A stretch of 24,000 bases of DNA from Holdemania massiliensis (lineage in GTDB: Bacteria; Bacillota_I; Bacilli_A; Erysipelotrichales; Erysipelotrichaceae): assembly GCF_022440805.1 (NCBI RefSeq), contig NZ_JAKNTK010000001.1, forward strand, positions 1,016,542 to 1,040,541. The letters run 5' to 3'. Under the pieces are notes generated by a model. The model did not search any database and was not told where the DNA came from. It worked only from the letters and a program-made list of their open reading frames with translations. Position numbers and translations under genes: made by a program. Of the stretch, positions 9,856 through 17,405 are shown one piece after another. The number at the start of each line of letters is the position of its first letter. Within the stretch, counting starts at the first letter, position 1.

Positions 9856-11139
9856 ATGCAGATCATTAATTCAGTCATCCAATTTATCATGGACTTAGGC
9901 GGAGCGATTTTCCTGCCGTTTATGATTACCATTCTAGGGTTATTCTTCAAGATCAAATTCTTTGATTCATTCCGCAATGGTTTGCGGATTGGAGCTGGAT
10001 TTTTAGGAATTACTGTGATTTTGGAGATGTTATGCAACAGTTTAAATCCGGCGGTGGAGTTCTATGCGGGCATGGGCAGCGGTTTTACGGTCATTGATAT
10101 TGGCTGGGAAGGCATTGCTGCTATTGCTTGGTCTACACCGTTTGCTTTGATCATCGTACCCATTTGTCTTGTTCTGAATTATTTCCTGATTCGTATTCGC
10201 TTTACGAAAACAATGGATGTGGACATCTGGAATTATTTCCATGTGATTCTGGGGGCGGCAATGGCGTACTACATTGCTCAGCTAGGTGGAATGAGCGCTG
10301 CGGTTTCGATTGGACTGGCGATGTTGGTCGCGATTGGCACATTCGTCGCAATCCTGAAAATGGCCGACTGGATCGCGCCGCACTGGCAGAAACATTATAA
10401 TTTGCCAGGTACAACCTGCTGTAATAATGATGCTTTTCAAATTTGGGCCATTGATTATGCAGTTTGCTGGATTCTGGATAAGATTCCGGGAATTAACAAA
10501 ATTAACCTGGATGCTAAATGGTTCAGCGATAAGTTTGGTTCCTTAGGTGAAACCTCAGTTTTAACCTTCTTTGTCGGAATCCTCATTTCCCTGATTACTC
10601 GTCAGGATTTATCCACAATGTTAACGATGAGCGTAACTTTGTCCGCTGCCATTGTTATTCTGCCGCGGATGGTCAGTCTGCTGATGGAAGGTCTGAATCC
10701 GATCTCCACGGCAGCCCGTAAAATGTTCAAGCAGAAGCTGGGAGCTGAATACGATATTTACATTGGAATGGACGAAGCTCTCTGCTTGGGGGATGAAAGC
10801 GGAATTCAATGCGCTGCCATCATGATTCCGATTGGTTTGGCAGTTGCCTTTCTGCCAGGTGTGAATTTCTTCCCCATCGCCAGTCTGGGATCCATGGTCT
10901 ATACGACTTGTATGTGTTCACTCTTTGCACGCGGGGATATCTTCAAAACCGTGATTGCTTCTACGGTAAACTGTATTTATTCTTATCAAATCCTAAGCTG
11001 GATGGCACCGTTGGTAACAAAGCTGGCTGTCAATACAGGCTATATCTCGAATGCTGCCACATTAGTAACGGGCTCCAGCGTTGAAGAATTTCATAGTGTG
11101 ATTTTGGCCTTGATCAGCAAGCTCCTGGGGATTTGGTAA
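9856..11139 (+). CDS. PTS system galactitol-family EIIC component (GatC/SgcC-like)
   Basis: 427 aa, multi-TM; MQIINSVIQFIMDLGGAIFLPFMITILGLFFKIKFFDSFRNGLRIGAGFLGI is typical of EIIC-GAT proteins. Confidence 0.93.
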   Translation: MQIINSVIQFIMDLGGAIFLPFMITILGLFFKIKFFDSFRNGLRIGAGFLGITVILEMLCNSLNPAVEFYAGMGSGFTVIDIGWEGIAAIAWSTPFALIIVPICLVLNYFLIRIRFTKTMDVDIWNYFHVILGAAMAYYIAQLGGMSAAVSIGLAMLVAIGTFVAILKMADWIAPHWQKHYNLPGTTCCNNDAFQIWAIDYAVCWILDKIPGINKINLDAKWFSDKFGSLGETSVLTFFVGILISLITRQDLSTMLTMSVTLSAAIVILPRMVSLLMEGLNPISTAARKMFKQKLGAEYDIYIGMDEALCLGDESGIQCAAIMIPIGLAVAFLPGVNFFPIASLGSMVYTTCMCSLFARGDIFKTVIASTVNCIYSYQILSWMAPLVTKLAVNTGYISNAATLVTGSSVEEFHSVILALISKLLGIW

Positions 11140-11197
11140 AAGGAAGAATTTTGAGAATTAGTAATTAAACGGCTTTTTAAGAATTAGAGGGATAACG

Positions 11198-11674
11198 ATG
11201 AAAACCTATTATGTCAGAGAAAGTGTTAGAAAAATTTACTTAGGCGTCGGAGTGGGGAGTGTAATGTTATTATCATTATTACTGATCCTGCATCCAACCC
11301 TGTTTCATTCAGTGGTTCTGAATCTGTGGTTTTACGGAATAGCGATTGGGATGAGTGGACTGCATCTGTTTCGAGCTAAGACTTGTAAGCTTCGCATTGA
11401 GGATGAGGAACTCTATTTCTACAATGGGCTGTTAGATACCAAGCACATCCCACTTAATAAAATCCTCAGAATCGAATACAATCCGGAGATCCGCATTCGC
11501 ATCTACATGCAGCGCAAAGATACCGTATATCGAATTCCCAACGTCTTTAGCCGTGAAGATACGGAAGAAATTTTCCGGACCCTCAGGAAAAAGCGGAAGC
11601 AGATTCTTATTGAGCGTATTGAGAAGCCAGGGAAGTCTATTCAAATTTCAGAAAATTGTGAGCGTGTAAAATGA
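11198..11674 (+). CDS. Uncharacterised membrane protein: two N-terminal TM segments plus a soluble, possibly PH-like, domain
   Basis: 158 aa; SD gaggg; stop codon overlaps the start of the following EIIA gene (ATGA). PH-like assignment is only from the shape of KLRIEDEELYFYNGLLDTKHIPLNKILRIEYNPEIRIRIYMQRKDTVYRIP. Confidence 0.75.
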   Translation: MKTYYVRESVRKIYLGVGVGSVMLLSLLLILHPTLFHSVVLNLWFYGIAIGMSGLHLFRAKTCKLRIEDEELYFYNGLLDTKHIPLNKILRIEYNPEIRIRIYMQRKDTVYRIPNVFSREDTEEIFRTLRKKRKQILIERIEKPGKSIQISENCERVK

Positions 11675-12135
11675 GTCAGATATTTGTAATTGAGGGAACT
11701 GCTGAAACATGGCAGGAAGCATTGCGGCAGACAGCCCAGAAGCTATTGGAAATGAATTGTGTCAAACCTGATTTTTATGCCAGCTGTGCTGCCCGGGAAG
11801 AAAGTTTCCCGACGGGACTGACGGCATCCTGTCCGATCGCAATCCCGCATACAAGCAAGGAATATGTGCTGCAGCAGGCTGTCTGTGTTTTGCGGTTAGA
11901 GCATCCAGTAAAATTTCGCAGTATGGAAAATGTAGATCTGCAGGTTGAGGTTCGGTATGTCATGAACTTAGCGCTTCAGGATGATCAGGAACATATTCGC
12001 ATTGTTTCGCAGATCATCCGCAATCTTAAAGATAAACATTTTATTGGAGCCATGGATGCTCTGGATGCGGAGTCTTTAAGTCAGTTTTTAAATGTAAAAT
12101 TTCTAAAGGAAGGGAATGAAAAAGAATGGGAATAA
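11671..12135 (+). CDS. PTS EIIA component (fructose/mannitol/galactitol EIIA family, GatA/SgcA-like)
   Basis: 154 aa; REESFPTGL ... CPIAIPHTSKEYV, with the active His in IPHT. Confidence 0.88.
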   Translation: MSQIFVIEGTAETWQEALRQTAQKLLEMNCVKPDFYASCAAREESFPTGLTASCPIAIPHTSKEYVLQQAVCVLRLEHPVKFRSMENVDLQVEVRYVMNLALQDDQEHIRIVSQIIRNLKDKHFIGAMDALDAESLSQFLNVKFLKEGNEKEWE

Positions 12136-12932
12136 AAGAAGTGTTCAAAACGACAAAACCAGTCATTGGCATGATGCATTTAATGGCTCTGCCTACCGAT
12201 CCGAAATATGATCCGCAGGGAGGAATACAGAAAGTGTTGAATCGGGCACGGACTGATTTGCAGGCTTTGCAGGAAGGCGGAATTGATGCAATTCTGTTCT
12301 GCAATGAATATTCGATTCCCTATTTAAGCGACGTTCATCCGGTAACCATTGCCTGCATGGCGCGGATCATTGGCGAACTGATGAGTGAAATTCATGTGCC
12401 TTTCGGTGTGGATGTTGCTGCCGATCCTATGAAAACATATGACCTGGCAGCGGCCGTAGGCGCAGACTTTATTCGGGAGACCTTGTGCGGAGCTTATGCT
12501 GGAAATGATGGAATTTCAGATGTGCGCATGGGTGAAATTGAACGGCATCGCATCGAGGTAGGGTGCCGGGATATTCTAACCTTGGCAACGTTGGTTCCGG
12601 AAGGAGCACGTCAGCTTGCTGAACGTTCGATTGAGGAAGTAGCCAAAACAGTTACCTTCTCTTTAGCGCCAAGTGCGTTGCTGGTCTACGGTTCAACGGC
12701 GGGATCATCCATTGATGGTTCATTAGTCAGCCGGGCAAAAACGGCCACAGAGATCCCGATTTTTGCCAGCAATGGCGTCCGTGCTGATACGATTGAGGAT
12801 ATTCTATCGCTTGCGGACGGCTGCGTTGTCGGAACCTGGATGAAGCAGGAAGGAAAGTTCTATAATCCTGTTGACTCTAAGCGAGTGGCAGAACTGATGG
12901 GAAAAGCAAAAGCGGTTCGGGGCGATCTCTAA
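12126..12932 (+). CDS. BtpA/SgcQ family protein
   Basis: 268 aa; KPVIGMMHLMALPTDPKYDP, GIDAILFCNEYSIPY, GVDVAADPM, SNGVRADTIEDILSLADGCVVGTWMK are typical of the BtpA family TIM-barrel. Confidence 0.88.
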   Translation: MGIKEVFKTTKPVIGMMHLMALPTDPKYDPQGGIQKVLNRARTDLQALQEGGIDAILFCNEYSIPYLSDVHPVTIACMARIIGELMSEIHVPFGVDVAADPMKTYDLAAAVGADFIRETLCGAYAGNDGISDVRMGEIERHRIEVGCRDILTLATLVPEGARQLAERSIEEVAKTVTFSLAPSALLVYGSTAGSSIDGSLVSRAKTATEIPIFASNGVRADTIEDILSLADGCVVGTWMKQEGKFYNPVDSKRVAELMGKAKAVRGDL

Positions 12933-13558
12933 TGCGGATCAGTCCGTCGCTGGCCTCAGCGGATCTTCTGCATATGGCAGAGGAGATAGAGTTTGCGGAT
13001 CGTTATTTTAACGAAATTCATCTTGATATCGAGGATGGAGTTGTTGTTTCAGGAATAACCTTTGGCACTAAGATGTGCCGACGTATCTGTGAATACTCTC
13101 ATTCCTCGGTAAAATCAATTCATCTTGAAGTATTGAATCCCATGGATTATCTGACCGAGATTCAAAGCTGCCAGCCGACGATCGTATTTATTCAGCTTTC
13201 ACATCTGAAACATCCTGACAGGGTAGTTAATGCCTTCAAAAAAGCCGGATTGCGTGTCGGAATTAGTCTGAATGCTGTCGATAGAAAGAGCGAACATTTA
13301 GCTGAACTGCTGAATCTGACCGATTATTTTCTCATAGCAACAGCTTTTCCAGAGGATCCCAAACAGAAATATCAGAAAGTGATGGAAGAATTTGCACTGC
13401 AGCTTGCCGAGAATCATGAACGGAAAATATGGATTGACGGCGGCGCTACGGCTGAAATCATTCATCGGCTGTCGCATTCACCCATTGCCGCTGTGGTCGC
13501 AGGCCGGGCTGTATTTGAAGACAAAGATCAGGTAGTACGTCAATTTTGTCTGGAATAA
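12932..13558 (+). CDS. Ribulose-phosphate 3-epimerase family protein (SgcE-like), divergent
   Basis: 208 aa; ISPSLASADLLHM, IHLDIEDG, SIHLEV, WIDGGAT, VVAGRAVF; TAATG overlap with the upstream gene. Confidence 0.85.
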   Translation: MRISPSLASADLLHMAEEIEFADRYFNEIHLDIEDGVVVSGITFGTKMCRRICEYSHSSVKSIHLEVLNPMDYLTEIQSCQPTIVFIQLSHLKHPDRVVNAFKKAGLRVGISLNAVDRKSEHLAELLNLTDYFLIATAFPEDPKQKYQKVMEEFALQLAENHERKIWIDGGATAEIIHRLSHSPIAAVVAGRAVFEDKDQVVRQFCLE

Positions 13559-13589
13559 GAAAAATTCTGTCAATAAAAGAAGGGAAAAC

Positions 13590-13626
13590 AAATACGGTAT
13601 TCTGTGGAAAACAGAGTACCGTATTT
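13590..13626 (+). terminator. Strong hairpin ending the PTS operon (probable terminator, possibly bidirectional)
   Basis: AAATACGGTATTCTGT-GGAAA-ACAGAGTACCGTATTT: 16 paired positions with one T-G wobble; weak T tract. Confidence 0.7.
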
Positions 13627-13758
13627 GTCATAGGGATGAATTAGGTTAGAAAGTCTGATTCTGGTCAAGAATAAGAGCGGCTAACGAAAAAGATTCTCTG
13701 TTAACGAAGAGTGAATTTTGGAATTTGAGGGATTTCATCAGGATGACTGCGGAACTGT

Positions 13759-13787
13759 TTGCAATTTGACTATTCCTTTGTTATAAT
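13759..13787 (+). promoter_or_regulatory. Promoter of secG (-rnr-smpB)
   Basis: -35 TTGCAA (13759-13764), 17-nt spacer, -10 TATAAT (13782-13787). Confidence 0.7.
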
Positions 13788-13819
13788 AGAAAAGCGATAA
13801 ATCTGAAAGGAGGATTAAG

Positions 13820-14044
13820 ATGCTTGATATCTTATTGATGGTGGTGTCCGTGATTTTAATACTTCTTTCTCTGTTACAAAGTGGAAAATCAGACGGGATC
13901 AGCGGTGCTTTTACAGGGAGCGGCGGATTAAATCTGTTTGCCAATGTAAAAGAGAGAGGACCGGAGAAGATCATTTCGAATGCCACACTGGTTGTCGGAA
14001 TTTTGTTCTTCGTGCTGGTCATTGTGATTAGAGTACTGAACTAA
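13820..14044 (+). CDS. secG: Preprotein translocase subunit SecG
   Basis: 74 aa, two TMs, LLQSGKSDGISGAFTGSGG; immediately upstream of rnr. Confidence 0.92.
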   Translation: MLDILLMVVSVILILLSLLQSGKSDGISGAFTGSGGLNLFANVKERGPEKIISNATLVVGILFFVLVIVIRVLN

Positions 14045-14045
14045 C

Positions 14046-14068
14046 GGCCGTCAACAGCGGCCTTTTTT
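14046..14068 (+). terminator. Intrinsic terminator/attenuator between secG and rnr
   Basis: GGCCG-tcaacag-CGGCC followed by TTTTTT. Confidence 0.8.
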
Positions 14069-14099
14069 CATATTAATTAAAGAAATTCGAGGTGAAGTT

Positions 14100-16352
14100 A
14101 TGGAACAAACAGACATAAAACAACAAATAGAAACAATGATTGCGGACGAGCAGTATCGGCCGTTAAGTTTAGCTCAGCTGCAGGAAACGCTGGGCTTATC
14201 AACAACTGAAGAATTCATTGCGATGAATAAAGCGGTCAATGAACTGGCCGAGCAATATGTGATCGTGTTCAGCCAGAAAGGAAATCTGATGCCAGCGAAA
14301 ATGGGTGGCTATTACCGCGGCGTCCTGTCTGTGAATCGAAAGGGATTTGGCTTTCTGGATCTGGAAAATGAGAACAGCATTCATCTCACGGAGGCCAATC
14401 TGCATGGTGCGATGAATGGGGATCTGGCGATTGTAAAAAAATTACCATCCTTTTACGGCAGTGACGAAGGTGAAGTGATCCGCGTTCTGCAGCATAAAAC
14501 CAATACGCTGGTGGGAACCTTTTTCAGTTCTGTGGGCAAAGGCCTGCAGCTGAAACTGGATGATGAACGGATTAAAGCCCGGCTGATCGTTAAGAACTGG
14601 CAGGCGTTTAAAATGGTCAGCGGTACCAAGGCCTTATTAAAGGTCCTGCGCTACGGCGATCCGATGGAACTGGAAATTGTTCAGCTGTTAGGACATATTG
14701 ATGATCCAGGCGTCGATATCCTGTCGGTGCTGCTGGAATATGATATTGATCCGCAGTTTCCAGAGGAAGTCATGGAACAGGCGCAGAAAACTCCGGCACG
14801 GGTTACGCCGAAGGACAAAGAGGGTCGGCGCGACTGCACCGCAAAAACAATTATTACGATCGATGGTGAAGATTCCAAAGATCTTGACGATGCGGTTTGC
14901 GTGGAAAAGATAGATGGAGGATACCGGCTGGGTGTCCACATTGCGGATGTTTCTCATTATGTGCCGGAAAACAGTCCGCTGGATCTGGAAGCGCTGAAGC
15001 GCGGAACATCAACCTACGTCGTTGACCGGGTTGTGCCGATGCTTCCGCATTTATTGTCCAACGGCATCTGTTCGCTGAATCCGAAGGTGCTGCGGCTAAC
15101 GCTGTCCTGCGAAATGGAGATCAGTGAAAGTGGAGAGATTCTTAACTATGAGATCTTTCCCTCCTATATTAAGACAACCGAACGGATGACTTATACCGCG
15201 GTGAATGCTATTCTGGAAGGCGAGGAAGAAACCTGCCGGAAATACAAAAAACTGGTTAATATGATCGGTCTTATGCGGGATTGTTCGCGGGCGATACGTC
15301 AGCGCCGCCATGCCGCCGGGGCGATTGATTTCGAAACACCGGAGGCGAAAATCATCCTAAATCCCCAAGGCAAGATTGAGGAAATTCAAGTACGCGAACG
15401 AAAAGAAGCGGAAATGTTGATCGAAGACTTCATGGTCTGCGCCAATGAATGCGTAGCCCGGCATTTAAAGTGGCTTGAAGTACCAGCTTTATATCGGGTT
15501 CACGAAGCCCCAGAGCCGAAAAAGCTGCGGGATTTCGCCAAGATTGTCTTGTTGATGGGCAAGCGCTTCAAAGGCAGCGTGGAACAAATCCGGCCGCTGC
15601 AGCTGCAGCAGCTTCTGGACTCCTTTAAGGAGGATCCAGCATATCCGGTGATCTCAACCATGATGCTTCGCAGTATGCAGAAGGCCAAATATGATCCGCG
15701 CTGTCTGGGACATTTTGGTCTGGCGTTAGAGGAATACACACACTTCACATCCCCGATTCGCCGTTATCCGGATTTAATCGTACACCGGATGCTGCATAAG
15801 TATTGCTTTGGCTTAGCCTTTGATCCGGAAGTGATGAAAGAGGATGAGCTGAAGATGGAGGAATACGGCAAACAGACCTCTGAACGGGAACGGGCCGCGA
15901 TTGAAGCGGAACGTGAAGTAGAAGACATGAAGAAAGCGGAATACATGGAGGATCAGGTCGGAAAAATTGCCGAGGGCGTGATCAGCGGCGTAACCAAGTT
16001 TGGTTTCTTTGTTGAACTGGAAAACACGGTGGAAGGTCTGGTTCACGTGCAGAAGCTGACCGATGATTACTATCATTATGATCCGGATACATTAAGCTTA
16101 AAGGGCGAACGGACGAAAAAGATCTACCGCTTGGGACAGCGCGTAAAAATCAAAGTCACCGGTGCCAGCAAGCTTCATCAGGAAATCGACTTCGATCTGG
16201 TTCGCCCGCGTAAGGAAAAACGGGAAGCCGTGGTACCGGCCGCAAAGAAAACCGGTTATCGCAAAGATTCGAGTCGGCCTGCCGAAAGCATTCCTGTGAA
16301 AAACAAACGCCGCCGTTCTCATCGGCGGAAACCCAAACCCACCCAAGCATAA
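14100..16352 (+). CDS. rnr: Ribonuclease R
   Basis: 750 aa; TIDGEDSKDLDDAVCVEK, HFTSPIRRYPDLIVHR, C-terminal S1 domain and basic tail; SD gaggtga. Confidence 0.97.
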   Translation: MEQTDIKQQIETMIADEQYRPLSLAQLQETLGLSTTEEFIAMNKAVNELAEQYVIVFSQKGNLMPAKMGGYYRGVLSVNRKGFGFLDLENENSIHLTEANLHGAMNGDLAIVKKLPSFYGSDEGEVIRVLQHKTNTLVGTFFSSVGKGLQLKLDDERIKARLIVKNWQAFKMVSGTKALLKVLRYGDPMELEIVQLLGHIDDPGVDILSVLLEYDIDPQFPEEVMEQAQKTPARVTPKDKEGRRDCTAKTIITIDGEDSKDLDDAVCVEKIDGGYRLGVHIADVSHYVPENSPLDLEALKRGTSTYVVDRVVPMLPHLLSNGICSLNPKVLRLTLSCEMEISESGEILNYEIFPSYIKTTERMTYTAVNAILEGEEETCRKYKKLVNMIGLMRDCSRAIRQRRHAAGAIDFETPEAKIILNPQGKIEEIQVRERKEAEMLIEDFMVCANECVARHLKWLEVPALYRVHEAPEPKKLRDFAKIVLLMGKRFKGSVEQIRPLQLQQLLDSFKEDPAYPVISTMMLRSMQKAKYDPRCLGHFGLALEEYTHFTSPIRRYPDLIVHRMLHKYCFGLAFDPEVMKEDELKMEEYGKQTSERERAAIEAEREVEDMKKAEYMEDQVGKIAEGVISGVTKFGFFVELENTVEGLVHVQKLTDDYYHYDPDTLSLKGERTKKIYRLGQRVKIKVTGASKLHQEIDFDLVRPRKEKREAVVPAAKKTGYRKDSSRPAESIPVKNKRRRSHRRKPKPTQA

Positions 16353-16364
16353 GGAGGAATCACG

Positions 16365-16820
16365 ATGAGCGGTGAAAAAATCATTGCCGTCAACCGCAAG
16401 GCGTCCCATGACTATGCGTTAGAGGAACGCTTTGAAGCCGGACTGGTTCTGACCGGCACCGAAATCAAGTCGATCCGACAGGGCAAAGCTCAGTTCAAAG
16501 ATGCCTATATCAGTATCATCAGCGGAGAAGCCTGGATTAAGGAAATGCATATTGCTGCCTATGATCATGGCAACCAGTTCAATCATGATGAAACGCGGGA
16601 ACGAAAGCTGCTGCTGCATAAAATGGAGATCGTCAAGCTTCAACAGAAAGTGAAGCTTAAAGGCTATACAATCGTTCCGGTCAAGCTGTATTTAAAAAAT
16701 GGCCGGGCTAAAATGGAGATTGCTCTGGCCAAGGGCAAAGCGTTGTATGACAAGCGCGAAGACGCGAAGCTGAAAGATGCAAAGCGGGAGATGGAAAAAG
16801 CGATGAAAGCACGGTGGTAA
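16365..16820 (+). CDS. smpB: SsrA-binding protein SmpB
   Basis: 151 aa; IAVNRKASHDYALEERFEAGLVLTGTEIKSIRQGKAQFKDAY; SD aaggagg. Confidence 0.97.
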   Translation: MSGEKIIAVNRKASHDYALEERFEAGLVLTGTEIKSIRQGKAQFKDAYISIISGEAWIKEMHIAAYDHGNQFNHDETRERKLLLHKMEIVKLQQKVKLKGYTIVPVKLYLKNGRAKMEIALAKGKALYDKREDAKLKDAKREMEKAMKARW

Positions 16821-16833
16821 GCCGTGTTTTTTT
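16810..16833 (+). terminator. Intrinsic terminator overlapping the smpB stop codon
   Basis: CACGG-tggtaag-CCGTG followed by TTTTTTT; the stop codon lies in the loop. Confidence 0.8.
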
Positions 16834-16974
16834 GATATAATAAAAGCAGGAAAAGGAGTTAAGAACAATGGCGTGAAATCGGTCGTAGGCGGAAGGATTG
16901 TGTCCCTTCTAAAAAGAATAAGAAAATGAACCGCATCCAATTCCGTTATGTTCCTTTAAGCCGGCTGATTTATT

Positions 16975-17243
16975 GTTAACGATGTATCGCCGGTGCTTTA
17001 GGCTGTGTTCTTGCAGCTGCTGTTCATACTGTTTGCTTGCTTTGTCGAGGAGGTGGGATTGGAAGCCGCTGAGATTTTTTTCAGGGGATGCACCTTTAAC
17101 TCTTTATCTTAACAAATGGGCTGACACAAGGACTCCTATGTGGTTTGTCCTATGTTGTAAGTCTGCGGCAATCCCTGGCGCTGATGGTGATCATCAGGCT
17201 GCCTGCGGTCATTCTAAGCTTGGTGATTGAAGCCTGGATTTAG
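16975..17243 (+). pseudogene. Decayed relative of the membrane protein encoded at 17406-18287 (C-terminal TM region), frameshifted
   Basis: Frame starting 17002 reads AVFLQLLFILFACFVE (intact copy: AYFFQYLSTLLLTLLVE). Frame starting 17100 reads LFILTNGLTQGLLCGLSYVVSLRQSLALMVIIRLPAVILSLVIEAWI*, aligning without gaps over 47 residues to VFVLTNGLTQGLMTLWMLVCMNNMNLMLAIVLQGIIELPIVLIEVWI (17 identities counted by hand). In-frame TAG at 16999-17001. Confidence 0.72.
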
Positions 17244-17405
17244 GCTTAGGGTTTTAAGGATCAAACATACTCACATTAAACTCGTATGGCTTTGATGTTC
17301 CATCTTCTAGTCAGCGGCAGTCTGAAAGCAGCGCTGAGGATGCTGGAAAGCGGTATGTTTATTCATTGGATGCGTCAGGCAATTGGAAGGAAAGAAGGCG
17401 GAGAA

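Noticed and set aside
11150-11192. Repeat of AGAATTAG in the gap between the EIIC gene and the 158-aa gene
   Set aside because: Short AT-rich duplication with no hairpin, promoter or regulatory pattern.
13670-13720. Imperfect direct repeat CTAACGAA / TTAACGAA downstream of the PTS operon
   Set aside because: Only two 8-mers with a mismatch and no fixed relation to the secG promoter; chance is likely.
15096-16409. Several minus-strand ORFs opposite rnr
   Set aside because: Shadow ORFs of RNase R with no recognisable motifs.
16973-17230. 85-aa ORF MLTMYRRCFRLCSCSCC... treated as a possible small Cys-rich protein
   Set aside because: The other two frames of the same DNA show similarity to the downstream membrane protein, so the Cys/Arg-rich translation is best explained as an off-frame reading of a pseudogene.
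16827-17285. Possibility that the smpB downstream gap encodes tmRNA (ssrA)
   Set aside because: No recognisable tmRNA 5' end, tRNA-like TPsiC arm or tag-peptide frame seen; the region instead contains the decayed membrane-protein remnant.
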